Assembly (NCBI GenBank): GCA_045046875.1 | Contig: JASFYY010000073.1 | Location: 1 to 64,000 of the forward strand | Reading direction: 5' to 3' | Source of the DNA: Verrucomicrobiota bacterium | GTDB taxonomy: Bacteria; Verrucomicrobiota; Verrucomicrobiia; Verrucomicrobiales; DEV007 | DNA length: 64,000 nucleotides | Shown here: positions 47,580-56,878 of the stretch, piece after piece | How positions within the stretch are numbered: position 1 is the stretch's first letter | Layout: every line of letters begins with the position of its first letter | Notes under the pieces: model-generated | The model's input: only the letters and a program-made list of their open reading frames with translations | What the model was told of the DNA's origin: nothing | Databases searched by the model: none | Translations under genes and position numbers: made by a program

Positions 47580-47636
47580 ATTTAAGCCTGTTAATCGTAA
47601 TATTGTTGATTACACTTTCCCGTCTTCATTTTCAAC

Positions 47637-48842
47637 ATGCGCATTCTTTTTCTTCACGACAATTTTCCCGCCCAGTTCCCCCACGTCGCTAGCTCACTGG
47701 CGAAAGATCCAAACAATCAAGTGGTCTTCGGCACCACCCGCAAGGAAGGAGAACTGCCCGGCGTGCGCCGAGTACGCTTCCGGCCCAAGCGCCAAGTGAA
47801 AGCAGAAACCCACCACTATCTCCACGGACTAGAGCGCGCCGTGATCACGGGTGAAGCCGTTTACCAATTAGGCAAACAACTCAAAAAGGAAGGTTTTATC
47901 CCCGACGTGATTTACGGGCACTCCGGCTGGGGCACTCCGCTTTTCATCAAAGACGTTTTCCCCAAAAGTCGTCTATTGTGTTATTTTGAGTGGTTCTACC
48001 ACGCCTACGGCAGCGACGTCGACTTTGACCCGGCTTACCCACCCACTCCAGATGACGAAGCACGCATCCGGATGAAAAACTCCCCCATCCTGCTCGACCT
48101 CGACGCTTGTGATCGCGGCATGACACCCACCCATTGGCAACATCAACAGTTCCCCGCTGAATGGAAACCCAAAATCGACGTCATCAATGACGGCTTCGAT
48201 ACCGAGCTCTGCAAACCCATCGCCGGAGCCAAACTCAAACTCGACCGCATCGGTCTCGATCTCTCACAAGCAGAGCAATTGATCACCTACACCGCCTGGG
48301 GCATGGAGCCCTACCGAGGATTCCCCCAATTCATGCGCGCCATCGCCAAACTTCAGCGCACCCACCCCAATCTGCACGCCATCATCGTCGGCGACGACCG
48401 TGTCGTCTATGGTCGCCAACGCACTGATGGCAAAAGCTGGAAAGATGAAATGCTCAGCACCCTGCAACTCGATGAATCTCGCATTCACTTCCCCGGCAAA
48501 TTGCCCCACGACGAACTGCGCCAGATTTATCAAGCCTCCTCAGCACACGTTTACCTCACCCGTCCCTTCATCCTTTCCTGGTCGATGATGGAAGCCTTGG
48601 CGAGCGGCTGCCTGGTCATCGGAGCCGATGTTCCCACTGTGACCGAAGTCATCACCGATTATGAAACCGGTCTCCTAGTCGATTTTTTCGACTCCGACGC
48701 CATCGCCGCCAAAATCGAAGAAGCCTTACAAGATACCGAGCAAATGAAAACCATCCGCAAAAATGCCCGCCAACACATCATCGACCACTACAGCCTGAAA
48801 AACACCCTGGCCAATCACCTCGACTGGATCAAAGGAACGTAA
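47637..48842 (+). CDS. GT4 glycosyltransferase (DUF3495/Glyco_trans_4_3-type)
   Basis: LHDNFPAQF, GHSGWG, GMEPYRGFPQF, PFILSWSMMEA. Confidence 0.9.
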   Translation: MRILFLHDNFPAQFPHVASSLAKDPNNQVVFGTTRKEGELPGVRRVRFRPKRQVKAETHHYLHGLERAVITGEAVYQLGKQLKKEGFIPDVIYGHSGWGTPLFIKDVFPKSRLLCYFEWFYHAYGSDVDFDPAYPPTPDDEARIRMKNSPILLDLDACDRGMTPTHWQHQQFPAEWKPKIDVINDGFDTELCKPIAGAKLKLDRIGLDLSQAEQLITYTAWGMEPYRGFPQFMRAIAKLQRTHPNLHAIIVGDDRVVYGRQRTDGKSWKDEMLSTLQLDESRIHFPGKLPHDELRQIYQASSAHVYLTRPFILSWSMMEALASGCLVIGADVPTVTEVITDYETGLLVDFFDSDAIAAKIEEALQDTEQMKTIRKNARQHIIDHYSLKNTLANHLDWIKGT

Positions 48843-48887
48843 TTTTTCCTAAAAAGCTACAGCCTAAATTCCTACATCCTTCTTGCC

Positions 48888-50102
48888 GTGCGTATCCTCT
48901 TTCTCCATAAAAATTTTCCCGCCCAATTCCGGCACCTGGCCACCGCCATGGGCAAAAGCCCGGACCACACCGTCGTTTTTGCCACGGGACGTCACGAAGG
49001 CGAAATCGAAGGTGTCGAAAAACACCTGTTTCGAGACAACATCGAAGTCATACCACAAACCCATATTTTCGTACAAGGAACAGAAACCGCAGTGAAAACG
49101 GGACAGGGTGCCTACCGCATCGCCGCCCAATTGAAAGCTAGGCATTTTGTTCCCGACATCATCTTCGGGCACTCGGGCTGGGGTCCGACTTTATTCATGA
49201 AGGACGCCTTCCCCCACTCCAAGTTCCTAGCTTACTTCGAATGGTATTACCGAGCTGACAGCCCACTCTACAACTTTGACAACAGCACCCCCCTGTCTGA
49301 AACCGCCATCCTGCACAGTCGCGTGCGCAACGCCCCTATTCTCACCGACCTCTACAGTTGCGATGCGGGATTCAGTCCGACCCGGTGGCAAGCCGATCAA
49401 TTCCCCGCCGAATATCGAGATAAAATCAAAGTCCTGCACGATGGCGTAGATACCGACTTCTTCCAACCTTGGCCTAAGGGTCGTCGTCCCTTAGTCCTGC
49501 CTCGCCTGAATCTCGACCTCTCGCAAGCCAAGGAAATCGTCACCTACATTGCACGCGGTATGGAACCCATTCGAGGCTTTCCCCAGTTCATGAAAACCGT
49601 CGAGGCCCTGCAAAAACAGCGCCCCGATTGTCACTTCGTCATCTGCGGACAGGATCGAGTGGCCTACGGCGACCCCCACCCCAAAGGCAAAAGCTATAAA
49701 GAAGCCGCGCTGGAAGAACTCGACCTCGATCACTCCCGCATCCACTTCACCGGCCTGCTGCCCTACGACGAATACGTGCAAGTGCTGCAAGCCTCCTCAG
49801 CCCACGTCTATCTCACTTGGCCTTTTGTATTATCGTGGAGCACCATCGAAGCGATGTCCTGTGGTTGCCCCTTGATCGCCTCCGATACCGAACCCGTTCG
49901 CGAAGTCATCAACGATGGAGAAAATGGCCATCTTGTAGATTTTTTCGATACCGAAGCCATCGCCGCAAAAGTCGGCGAAGTTTTAGACCACCCGCAAGAC
50001 CAACAAGGCATCCGCCAAGCCGCCCGCCAAACCGTGCTCGATCACTACGATCTCGCCCGCACCCTGCCGCAGCAAATGGCGTGGTTGCAAAGCTTCTTTT
50101 AA
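48888..50102 (+). CDS. GT4 glycosyltransferase (paralogue)
   Basis: LHKNFPAQF, GHSGWG, RGMEPIRGFPQF, PFVLSWSTIEA. Confidence 0.9.
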   Translation: MRILFLHKNFPAQFRHLATAMGKSPDHTVVFATGRHEGEIEGVEKHLFRDNIEVIPQTHIFVQGTETAVKTGQGAYRIAAQLKARHFVPDIIFGHSGWGPTLFMKDAFPHSKFLAYFEWYYRADSPLYNFDNSTPLSETAILHSRVRNAPILTDLYSCDAGFSPTRWQADQFPAEYRDKIKVLHDGVDTDFFQPWPKGRRPLVLPRLNLDLSQAKEIVTYIARGMEPIRGFPQFMKTVEALQKQRPDCHFVICGQDRVAYGDPHPKGKSYKEAALEELDLDHSRIHFTGLLPYDEYVQVLQASSAHVYLTWPFVLSWSTIEAMSCGCPLIASDTEPVREVINDGENGHLVDFFDTEAIAAKVGEVLDHPQDQQGIRQAARQTVLDHYDLARTLPQQMAWLQSFF

Positions 50103-50992
50103 TCTTCCTCCAAGTAGTCGCAGCCGTAGAGCACATTGCTCTCGACCAACTTACCGCCAAAGCGACGAGCCAACTTGATCGTATCTTGGTGCAAATCCGT
50201 ATCCCCTTCAAAATACACTTTCTCAATCCCCAAAGCTCTTAGCTTTTCAGCAAAGGTGAACATCAAAGCCACATTGATCCAAGTGCCCCGAACTTCTGGT
50301 GATACCACTCGGGAATCAATCACCAAACCGCGCGTGCCTTTACGAATCAGCAATACCGCCACAGGTCCTTGCTCAGAACGAATCACCACCGAAAGTTTTG
50401 GCAAAAAACCATTGGCTCCTCCTCGCAACCGATTGATCAAAGCATCGGGTATTCCACCCAAATACTTCAATACAAAGTCTTTCACAAAAGGTAACTTCGC
50501 CTGCTCCAGGGTGACAATCTCATAAGCTTGACTAAAATGCCCCCGTTCAAAAATCCTCTTCGCCAAGGGGGCGACCACTTGCCACGCATCGGCAGTTCTG
50601 ATTTCAAAGTATTGCAAAGTGCGTTTGATCTCAAAGCGATCCAATGATTCAAAAAACAGAGCCTCTTCATTTTCCTCACCCACAGGCACCCCCGCCAATA
50701 AACGGTCAACCCCTTCTCGTTGCGCGAGCTCAGCTAAAACCTGCATCAACTGCCTACCCGCACCTTGGCGCCGATGCTCAGGCATTACCCACAACTGAAA
50801 ACGACCTTCTTTCATCTTCTCTCCCCCCAATACCCTAAGCGAAGCCAGACCCACCACCTCACTCCCCCCCTGTTCAGCAAGCAGAAAAAACGGTCGCGGC
50901 AAGCTCATAAATGCCTGCGGCAAATGCCTCCTATACGGCTCGAGATCCTCGTCGGCGGCAGCAATCCGCACCGTGATACCCTCAGCTTTCAT
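50099..50992 (-). CDS. GNAT acyltransferase, probably with tandem GNAT domains
   Basis: VMPEHRRQGAGRQL acyl-CoA motif; second motif VSPEVRGTWIN; overlaps the TIGR03032 gene. Confidence 0.8.
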   Translation of the reverse strand: MKAEGITVRIAAADEDLEPYRRHLPQAFMSLPRPFFLLAEQGGSEVVGLASLRVLGGEKMKEGRFQLWVMPEHRRQGAGRQLMQVLAELAQREGVDRLLAGVPVGEENEEALFFESLDRFEIKRTLQYFEIRTADAWQVVAPLAKRIFERGHFSQAYEIVTLEQAKLPFVKDFVLKYLGGIPDALINRLRGGANGFLPKLSVVIRSEQGPVAVLLIRKGTRGLVIDSRVVSPEVRGTWINVALMFTFAEKLRALGIEKVYFEGDTDLHQDTIKLARRFGGKLVESNVLYGCDYLEED

Positions 50993-52184
50993 CGTCTGAG
51001 CCCGATAGTTCTTTCTCTTTGCTTCTCTCTTGCAAAGATTTCCCCGCCATTACTTTTTTCGGGGCAGGGTGAATGCCTTCCACCGGTTGGATACTGATGC
51101 TGCGTCTGATTTCATCAGTCAAGAATCCGACCGCGGCTGGCGCCCGGGTTTGCGGAATCGCCACCACATCATACAACTCCCTCACATCCCCCTTCAATTC
51201 CAGAAAATGAACCGAATCCCCGGTTCGCAAATCAATCACTTGTAAACCCGCCCGCGCCTTGACTTTTTTCTCATCCAAAGCGTCATCCAGATTCAAGCCG
51301 GAAAAGGTCCGGTTTTCCCGGCACATCGAAAGTCCGATGATCGCAAAATCCCCATGAAACCCCATTCCCCGTGCATAACCAGGAACAAACGCGATCGGCT
51401 CGAATTTGCCTGTTTTTAGATCCACTTTACCAAAATACCCCTCACCGGAATTCAACACATAAAGAACTCCATTGTGCAAGCGTGGCGAATGAGGCATCGA
51501 CAAACCTTCACAAACAATGTCGTTGGTTCTCACATCAATGACCACTCCGCCCTCGCGGCGATGTTCGCGCCAACCACCATGCACATCCGTGGTCGCGATC
51601 GCCGTCACATAAGCCGGCTCAAAACCGTCCATCGCCAAACCATTCAAATGACAGCGATCCTCAGCTGCCAAACGGGAGATAAAAGGGGGTTTCCACACCG
51701 GAGCAAAACTGCGTGACACACTGGGGCGAGCCAAACAGGAAAACATGGTATTGACAAAAATAGGCACACCCTTTTCATCCACCGCAATATCATGGGCATC
51801 CACATCAGCCGTCACGTAACTAACCTGGGGCACATACAGCTTGTCGTAGGGGCCGGAAGTCTGCCCCGGTTCCAAAGTGTTTTCCAAGCGCCACAGTTGA
51901 TACAAAGTACTCATCCACAGAGTATTAGGCGCCGGACAGCACAGCCCCATCACGCGTTGAAAATTACGATTGAAAACTGTCACTTTGCCCTGGGGAGTCG
52001 AACCAATGAAAAATACCTTACCTGCCTGATAAGTGGTGAAAGCCAAACTCAAATTCTGCTCTTGCAACCAAGAGGTGAACTGCCGGGAGCAAGTCACATC
52101 CAACTTGATCTGACCGGCTTGCCTGCCTGCTTTTTTTGCTGGAACCTTTTTGCCTGGTATTTTTTTCTGTGGAACCTTCGCCAT
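50982..52184 (-). CDS. TIGR03032 / DUF4915 family protein
   Basis: SLAFTTYQAGK, VNTMFSCL, EDRCHLNGLA, LSMPHSPR, PGYARG. Confidence 0.88.
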   Translation of the reverse strand: MAKVPQKKIPGKKVPAKKAGRQAGQIKLDVTCSRQFTSWLQEQNLSLAFTTYQAGKVFFIGSTPQGKVTVFNRNFQRVMGLCCPAPNTLWMSTLYQLWRLENTLEPGQTSGPYDKLYVPQVSYVTADVDAHDIAVDEKGVPIFVNTMFSCLARPSVSRSFAPVWKPPFISRLAAEDRCHLNGLAMDGFEPAYVTAIATTDVHGGWREHRREGGVVIDVRTNDIVCEGLSMPHSPRLHNGVLYVLNSGEGYFGKVDLKTGKFEPIAFVPGYARGMGFHGDFAIIGLSMCRENRTFSGLNLDDALDEKKVKARAGLQVIDLRTGDSVHFLELKGDVRELYDVVAIPQTRAPAAVGFLTDEIRRSISIQPVEGIHPAPKKVMAGKSLQERSKEKELSGSDDES

Positions 52185-52278
52185 AATCGCTACTTTATAC
52201 CAAACATGCTACTTGTGAAGCAAGATTAAGGATATATTTTCCCCTTATCAGCCCTCATCCCGCTGTTCCCATTTTCCT

Positions 52279-54744
52279 ATGAAAACCACTCACATCACCG
52301 CACTGGAAGGCCCCAACCGCTACCATCAAAAACCCGTATTAAGGGTTCGCTTCGATGCGCCCGAGTTCCTGCAAAAAGATCGCCAATGCAACAAAGCTCA
52401 TTTGGCCCAAGCCCTGTCAGCAGAGATAACCAGCTTCTCTTTCTCCCCGGATTCCTCCCAGCAAAGCAAAAGCGGACTGGCCGCGATTGACCTGCTCCCG
52501 GTGATTGCACTGGCACTACAAAATCTCAATGGACAGCAACTGTCTTTTTATCAAAGCGCACGCTGCCCCTCACCCGACAGCGAACCCGCCGCTTTTGAAA
52601 TCGTCTACGAATACGAATCGATAACCGTCGCCCGCATGGCCGTGGCACTAAGTTTCCGCATTCTGATCGCGGTGCTGCAACGCCGCTTTGGGATTGACTT
52701 TCCTCAGCAATTACAAGCTCCCGAAAATTTTGATATCGGAAAACAAATTGATCTTTTTTCCTCCACCGTCGCTCCCTATCAACTCGACCCCACCACCCGA
52801 AGCATCAGTCGCTCGCTCGAAACACAACACATCCCCTGGCACCATTTGGACGACAAGCACAGCATCATCCAAGCCGGTTATGGCAAAGAGCGTAAACTCA
52901 TTCAGCAAAGTTCGAGCAGCGACACCTCCGCTCTGGGGCATATTATTTCGCAAGACCCCAGCATCTATCACAACCTGCTCACTCGCAGCGGTTTTCCTCT
53001 GCCCAAACAAGCTCTGGTCACCTCTATTGCTCAAGCCCTGAGCCTGACTCAATCCCTCAGCTACCCACTGATCGTAAAACCTGCGAGCACCGCAGGACGG
53101 AACGCCTTCACCATCAAAGTTCACAATGAAGCCGAACTGCACGAGGCCTTCACCCTTACCCGCCAACAAAACCCACAGGTAATCATCGAGAGCTTCGTCA
53201 GTGGGCACACTTACCGTTTGTTTGTCATCGGCAAGCAAGTCGCCGCCATCACAAAAAAACAGCTGCACCCCGACAACAGTGATAGCCACACGGCTCTCGA
53301 CTGCGAAACCGATGCGCACCCGGACAACCTCGCCTTGGCCGAAAGATGCGCCGCCGTGATCGATCTCGACACCCTCAGCATCGATTTCATCAGCCCTGAT
53401 ATTTCCCGTTCCTACCTTGAAGTTGGAGGATCCATCTGCGCCATCCAGCACAATCCTGAACTGCCCCCCTCTCTGTCCACAGATGATAACAACTCTTCAC
53501 ACCTCGCAGATAAAATCGTAGCGCAACTGTTTCCTGGTATCCATCCCCACCCCGGCCTGATCCCTCTCGCCGCCATCTGCGGCAGCAACGGAAAGACCAC
53601 CACCTGCCGCATGGTCGATGCCATACTGCGCCAAGCAGGCTTGTTCACCGGCATGGCTAACTCCGACGGCATCTACGTCGATGGCCACCTGACTGTGAAC
53701 GGCCAGCATGATGGTTACGACGGAGCCCGCAGCATACTCGCTGACTCCAGAATCGAAGCCGCCGTTGTCGAAGCAGGTCAGAGCAGCATCCTCAAACAGG
53801 GACTGGCCTTCTCGGCCTGCACCGTCAGCGCCGTGCTCAACATCACTCCCGACCCTGTCACCTTTGACAGCCCTGACACCTTGGAGGGAATGGCCGACAT
53901 CAAACAAGTGGTCGCCGAACTGGCACGCGACACCGTGGTGCTCAACGCTGACGACCCGCTCTGCATCGATATGATCCGCCACCTCGGCGGACGCCAACTG
54001 AGTCTCGTCACCCGCGATCCGGATAACAGCATCGCCATGATTCCCACCACTGAGCTAAGCAGCCTCATCACCCTGGCGCAGGGTAAAAGCAGTCATGTTC
54101 AAAACATCGTCATCCACAGCAACGGTGAAGAAACCCCCATCCTCAAAACACTCGACATCCCCGCTACTTTTGATGGTCAGGCACGACATCAGGTTGACAA
54201 TGCCATGTTTGCCATCGCCATCACCTTCAGCATGGGCATCGACATCGAGTTCATCCAAAAGGGCTTAAGAAGGTTCACCAGCGATTTCGAAAACAACCCC
54301 GGGCGCTGCAACCCCATTTACGATAAAAACTTCACCGTCCTGATCGACTTCGGCAACAATCCTCAAGCCATCGGTGCGGCCGGCGAATTAGTTGAAAACA
54401 TGGAAAACGAAGGTCAGCGGATCTGCATTTTATCCGCCCCACCCGTGCTCAAACCCGAACACTACCTGGCCATGGCAGAAGCCGCCGCCGACAGCTTCGA
54501 CCACATCATCTGCTCCAATGGTTACGGCGCAGAGAGCGATAACTTGGATCATGTCCCGTCCGAATTCGAACAAGCCCTGAACAATTGTGGCTTCGATGCA
54601 GATGAAATCACCCTCTGCCCCGATCCCGATCAAAGCATCCAGAAAGCCATCAAAAAACTCGCCAACGAAGACATCCTGGTCATCTTCGGCGACCAGCCCA
54701 AGCGCCGCCGCCAAGTAGCATTGGAAGCCCTAAACCCATTGTAG
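52279..54744 (+). CDS. Cyanophycin synthetase (CphA)-like protein with degenerate ATP-grasp and retained Mur-ligase P-loop
   Basis: LEGPN N-domain, IPW...IQAGYG, LIVKP, HPDN...D..SID, CGSNGKTTT, VLNADDP, PGRCN. Confidence 0.8.
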   Translation: MKTTHITALEGPNRYHQKPVLRVRFDAPEFLQKDRQCNKAHLAQALSAEITSFSFSPDSSQQSKSGLAAIDLLPVIALALQNLNGQQLSFYQSARCPSPDSEPAAFEIVYEYESITVARMAVALSFRILIAVLQRRFGIDFPQQLQAPENFDIGKQIDLFSSTVAPYQLDPTTRSISRSLETQHIPWHHLDDKHSIIQAGYGKERKLIQQSSSSDTSALGHIISQDPSIYHNLLTRSGFPLPKQALVTSIAQALSLTQSLSYPLIVKPASTAGRNAFTIKVHNEAELHEAFTLTRQQNPQVIIESFVSGHTYRLFVIGKQVAAITKKQLHPDNSDSHTALDCETDAHPDNLALAERCAAVIDLDTLSIDFISPDISRSYLEVGGSICAIQHNPELPPSLSTDDNNSSHLADKIVAQLFPGIHPHPGLIPLAAICGSNGKTTTCRMVDAILRQAGLFTGMANSDGIYVDGHLTVNGQHDGYDGARSILADSRIEAAVVEAGQSSILKQGLAFSACTVSAVLNITPDPVTFDSPDTLEGMADIKQVVAELARDTVVLNADDPLCIDMIRHLGGRQLSLVTRDPDNSIAMIPTTELSSLITLAQGKSSHVQNIVIHSNGEETPILKTLDIPATFDGQARHQVDNAMFAIAITFSMGIDIEFIQKGLRRFTSDFENNPGRCNPIYDKNFTVLIDFGNNPQAIGAAGELVENMENEGQRICILSAPPVLKPEHYLAMAEAAADSFDHIICSNGYGAESDNLDHVPSEFEQALNNCGFDADEITLCPDPDQSIQKAIKKLANEDILVIFGDQPKRRRQVALEALNPL

Positions 54745-54752
54745 GCATAGCC

Positions 54753-56405
54753 TCATTTATTCGATTTGCGGATTGCCCGGATCAACCAGAAACCCATCCA
54801 AAAAGCTAACAAACAACCTGTCGCTCCAAACACTGAAACTCCCCACACCGTCGGTGGCGCCGCCGTGCTCCACATCATCGCCGAACCCACAAACAAAGCC
54901 GCCGTCAACAAACCGTTCACCAATCGATCCACCGTTCCTTCCAAGCGCCGATGCTCCATCTGCACCTCGAAGGTTCCTTTGCGGATACGCGCCAGAATAT
55001 CCGTCAGATCACGTGGCAGAGCATCCGCCAACCTTTTCCAGTCACGATAGGAACGGTGCACCTCACTCAACAAACGCTTTGGCGTCAAGCGCCGCTTGAT
55101 CGCCTTTTTATAATAGGGCTTGATCATCGCCGCCAAATTAAAATTCGGTGATAACAGCTTGGCGGTGCCGTCCAAAGTAACCAAAGTTTTCATCAACAAC
55201 GCAAAACTCGATGGCATGACGATATGAAAAGATCGAATCGCCTCCAACAAACGGGACATCGCCCCCGCCGTATCAAAATCATTGATTGATTGGCCGACAT
55301 AATCAGCAAGAAAATCGCCAATCTCAGCACGTAATTCGTCACGATCCAATTCCGGCGGAGTCTGCCCAATTCGCATCACCTGGTCTGCCAATTCACCCGA
55401 GTCTCCCTCCACCGCTGCCAACAACATATCCTCGATCCCCTCACGCAAATCTGTATCGATCCGCCCCACCATGCCCGCATCCAGCACTCCCAGCACGCCT
55501 CCTTCGAGCAACATCAAATTGCCCGGATGCGGATCAGCATGATAAAAACCATCACGGAAAATCATATCCAGATACATGTCGGCTCCACGCTGGGCAAAAG
55601 CCTCCAAATCCGCCCCCGAAGCAACCATCGCTTTTTCATCGGAAACCGAAATGCCTTCCAGCAACTCCATCACCAGCACCCGCTGAGAGCAAAATTCCCC
55701 ATACACTTTAGGAAAATGCACGTCAGCTTCGTTCTCAAAGTTTTTTGCAAACGATTCGAGATGCCGCCGTTCATAAGCAAAATCCATTTCCCGCAGCAAG
55801 GTGCGCTCGAAGTATTTGGCATTGGCGACCGGCTGATAGTTTCTCAACTGCAGCGAATTTTTCTCGGCCAACTCCGCCAGACCGGAAAGAATGTCCATAT
55901 CCTGTCTCACCGCATCCTCGATTCCCTGATGAATGACCTTGACCACCACAATCTCGCCAGTCTTCAAAACCGCCCGGTGAACCTGGCCAATCGAGGCTGA
56001 AGCCATCGCCTGCTGTTCAAACTCGGCAAACAACTCCTCGGGCCGACTGCCCAGCTCGGCATAAATCATCTCCGCCACCTGCTCATAATCATCCGCCGGC
56101 GTATTGGCTTGTAACTTTGATAACTCGGTGGTCAACTCCGCACCGACCAAATCGGGGCGGGTGCTCAAAATTTGCCCCACCTTGATAAAACTCGTCCCCA
56201 ACTCGGTCATCGCCAGCCGAATGCGTTCCGGAGTCGTCAGATCGCGCATCTCTTCAATCCTGCCCCCCTGCAAATAACGCTGCAGCCAGTCGTAATCCAA
56301 ATGGGAAAGCCAGTCCGCCAAGCCGTATTTACCCAGCACCCCCACAATCTCCGCCACGCGCTTGGCGCTGCGATCCATTCTCACAAGAGTGCTCAGTTTC
56401 ATCAT
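54753..56405 (-). CDS. ABC1/UbiB/AarF-family atypical kinase
   Basis: FIKVGQILSTRPD, ASASIGQVH, VVKV, HADPHPGN, LDAGMVG; C-terminal TMs. Confidence 0.92.
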   Translation of the reverse strand: MMKLSTLVRMDRSAKRVAEIVGVLGKYGLADWLSHLDYDWLQRYLQGGRIEEMRDLTTPERIRLAMTELGTSFIKVGQILSTRPDLVGAELTTELSKLQANTPADDYEQVAEMIYAELGSRPEELFAEFEQQAMASASIGQVHRAVLKTGEIVVVKVIHQGIEDAVRQDMDILSGLAELAEKNSLQLRNYQPVANAKYFERTLLREMDFAYERRHLESFAKNFENEADVHFPKVYGEFCSQRVLVMELLEGISVSDEKAMVASGADLEAFAQRGADMYLDMIFRDGFYHADPHPGNLMLLEGGVLGVLDAGMVGRIDTDLREGIEDMLLAAVEGDSGELADQVMRIGQTPPELDRDELRAEIGDFLADYVGQSINDFDTAGAMSRLLEAIRSFHIVMPSSFALLMKTLVTLDGTAKLLSPNFNLAAMIKPYYKKAIKRRLTPKRLLSEVHRSYRDWKRLADALPRDLTDILARIRKGTFEVQMEHRRLEGTVDRLVNGLLTAALFVGSAMMWSTAAPPTVWGVSVFGATGCLLAFWMGFWLIRAIRKSNK

Positions 56406-56500
56406 GCTGTTAGCGTAGATAGATTCCCTCTACCCGGCAATTATCGAACAAATCACAAAACAAGTCGAACCCAAATTTCACCACCCTGCAAAACAGGGGC

Positions 56501-56746
56501 GCAGGACAAAAAAGTTAGCCATTGTCTATTGAAAACAACCTTATCACACATCAACATCATTTCGCCCTTTTAGGGCTGGCAATAAAACCGATTTAACCCC
56601 AGCGCTTCGCGCTGGGCTTTATCATTTTGTCCTTTCAGGACAGTTTGCTTTCATCTCTTTTACACCAACGGTGCTCAATGCTATAGCCCGGTGCGAAGCA
56701 CTGGGTAAAAAACCCAACTCTTCCAGCCTTGCAAGGGCGAAACGCA
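56501..56746. repeat. About 250-bp palindromic repeat, copy 2 (same orientation as copy 1)
   Basis: tttcgcccttttagggctgg ... ccagccttgcaagggcgaaa; collinear with 44510-44758. Confidence 0.85.
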
Positions 56747-56800
56747 TAGCGATCAGCAGCTTGACTATTTTGTCTTGCACCAGTCAAAACAGCATCGCAT

Positions 56801-56843
56801 AAAAATGACCGAAAAAATGTCCGGCCGGACATTTTTTCGGTCA
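56801..56843 (-). terminator. Intrinsic terminator of the sigma/PSD1/DUF1501 operon
   Basis: Perfect 38-bp palindrome tgaccgaaaaaatgtccgg|ccggacattttttcggtca (56806-56843) followed on the minus strand by T5. Confidence 0.75.
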
Positions 56844-56878
56844 AAATCAGGACCGCTTTGATGCGCTCACTTTGCTCC

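Noticed and set aside
52279..54744. Bona fide cphA / cyanophycin storage
   Set aside because: ATP-grasp catalytic motifs are missing and no cphB is nearby, so no gene symbol was assigned
54753..56405. ABC1 kinase as part of the modification cluster
   Set aside because: Widespread family and convergently transcribed; the only link is its position inside the repeat-bracketed block
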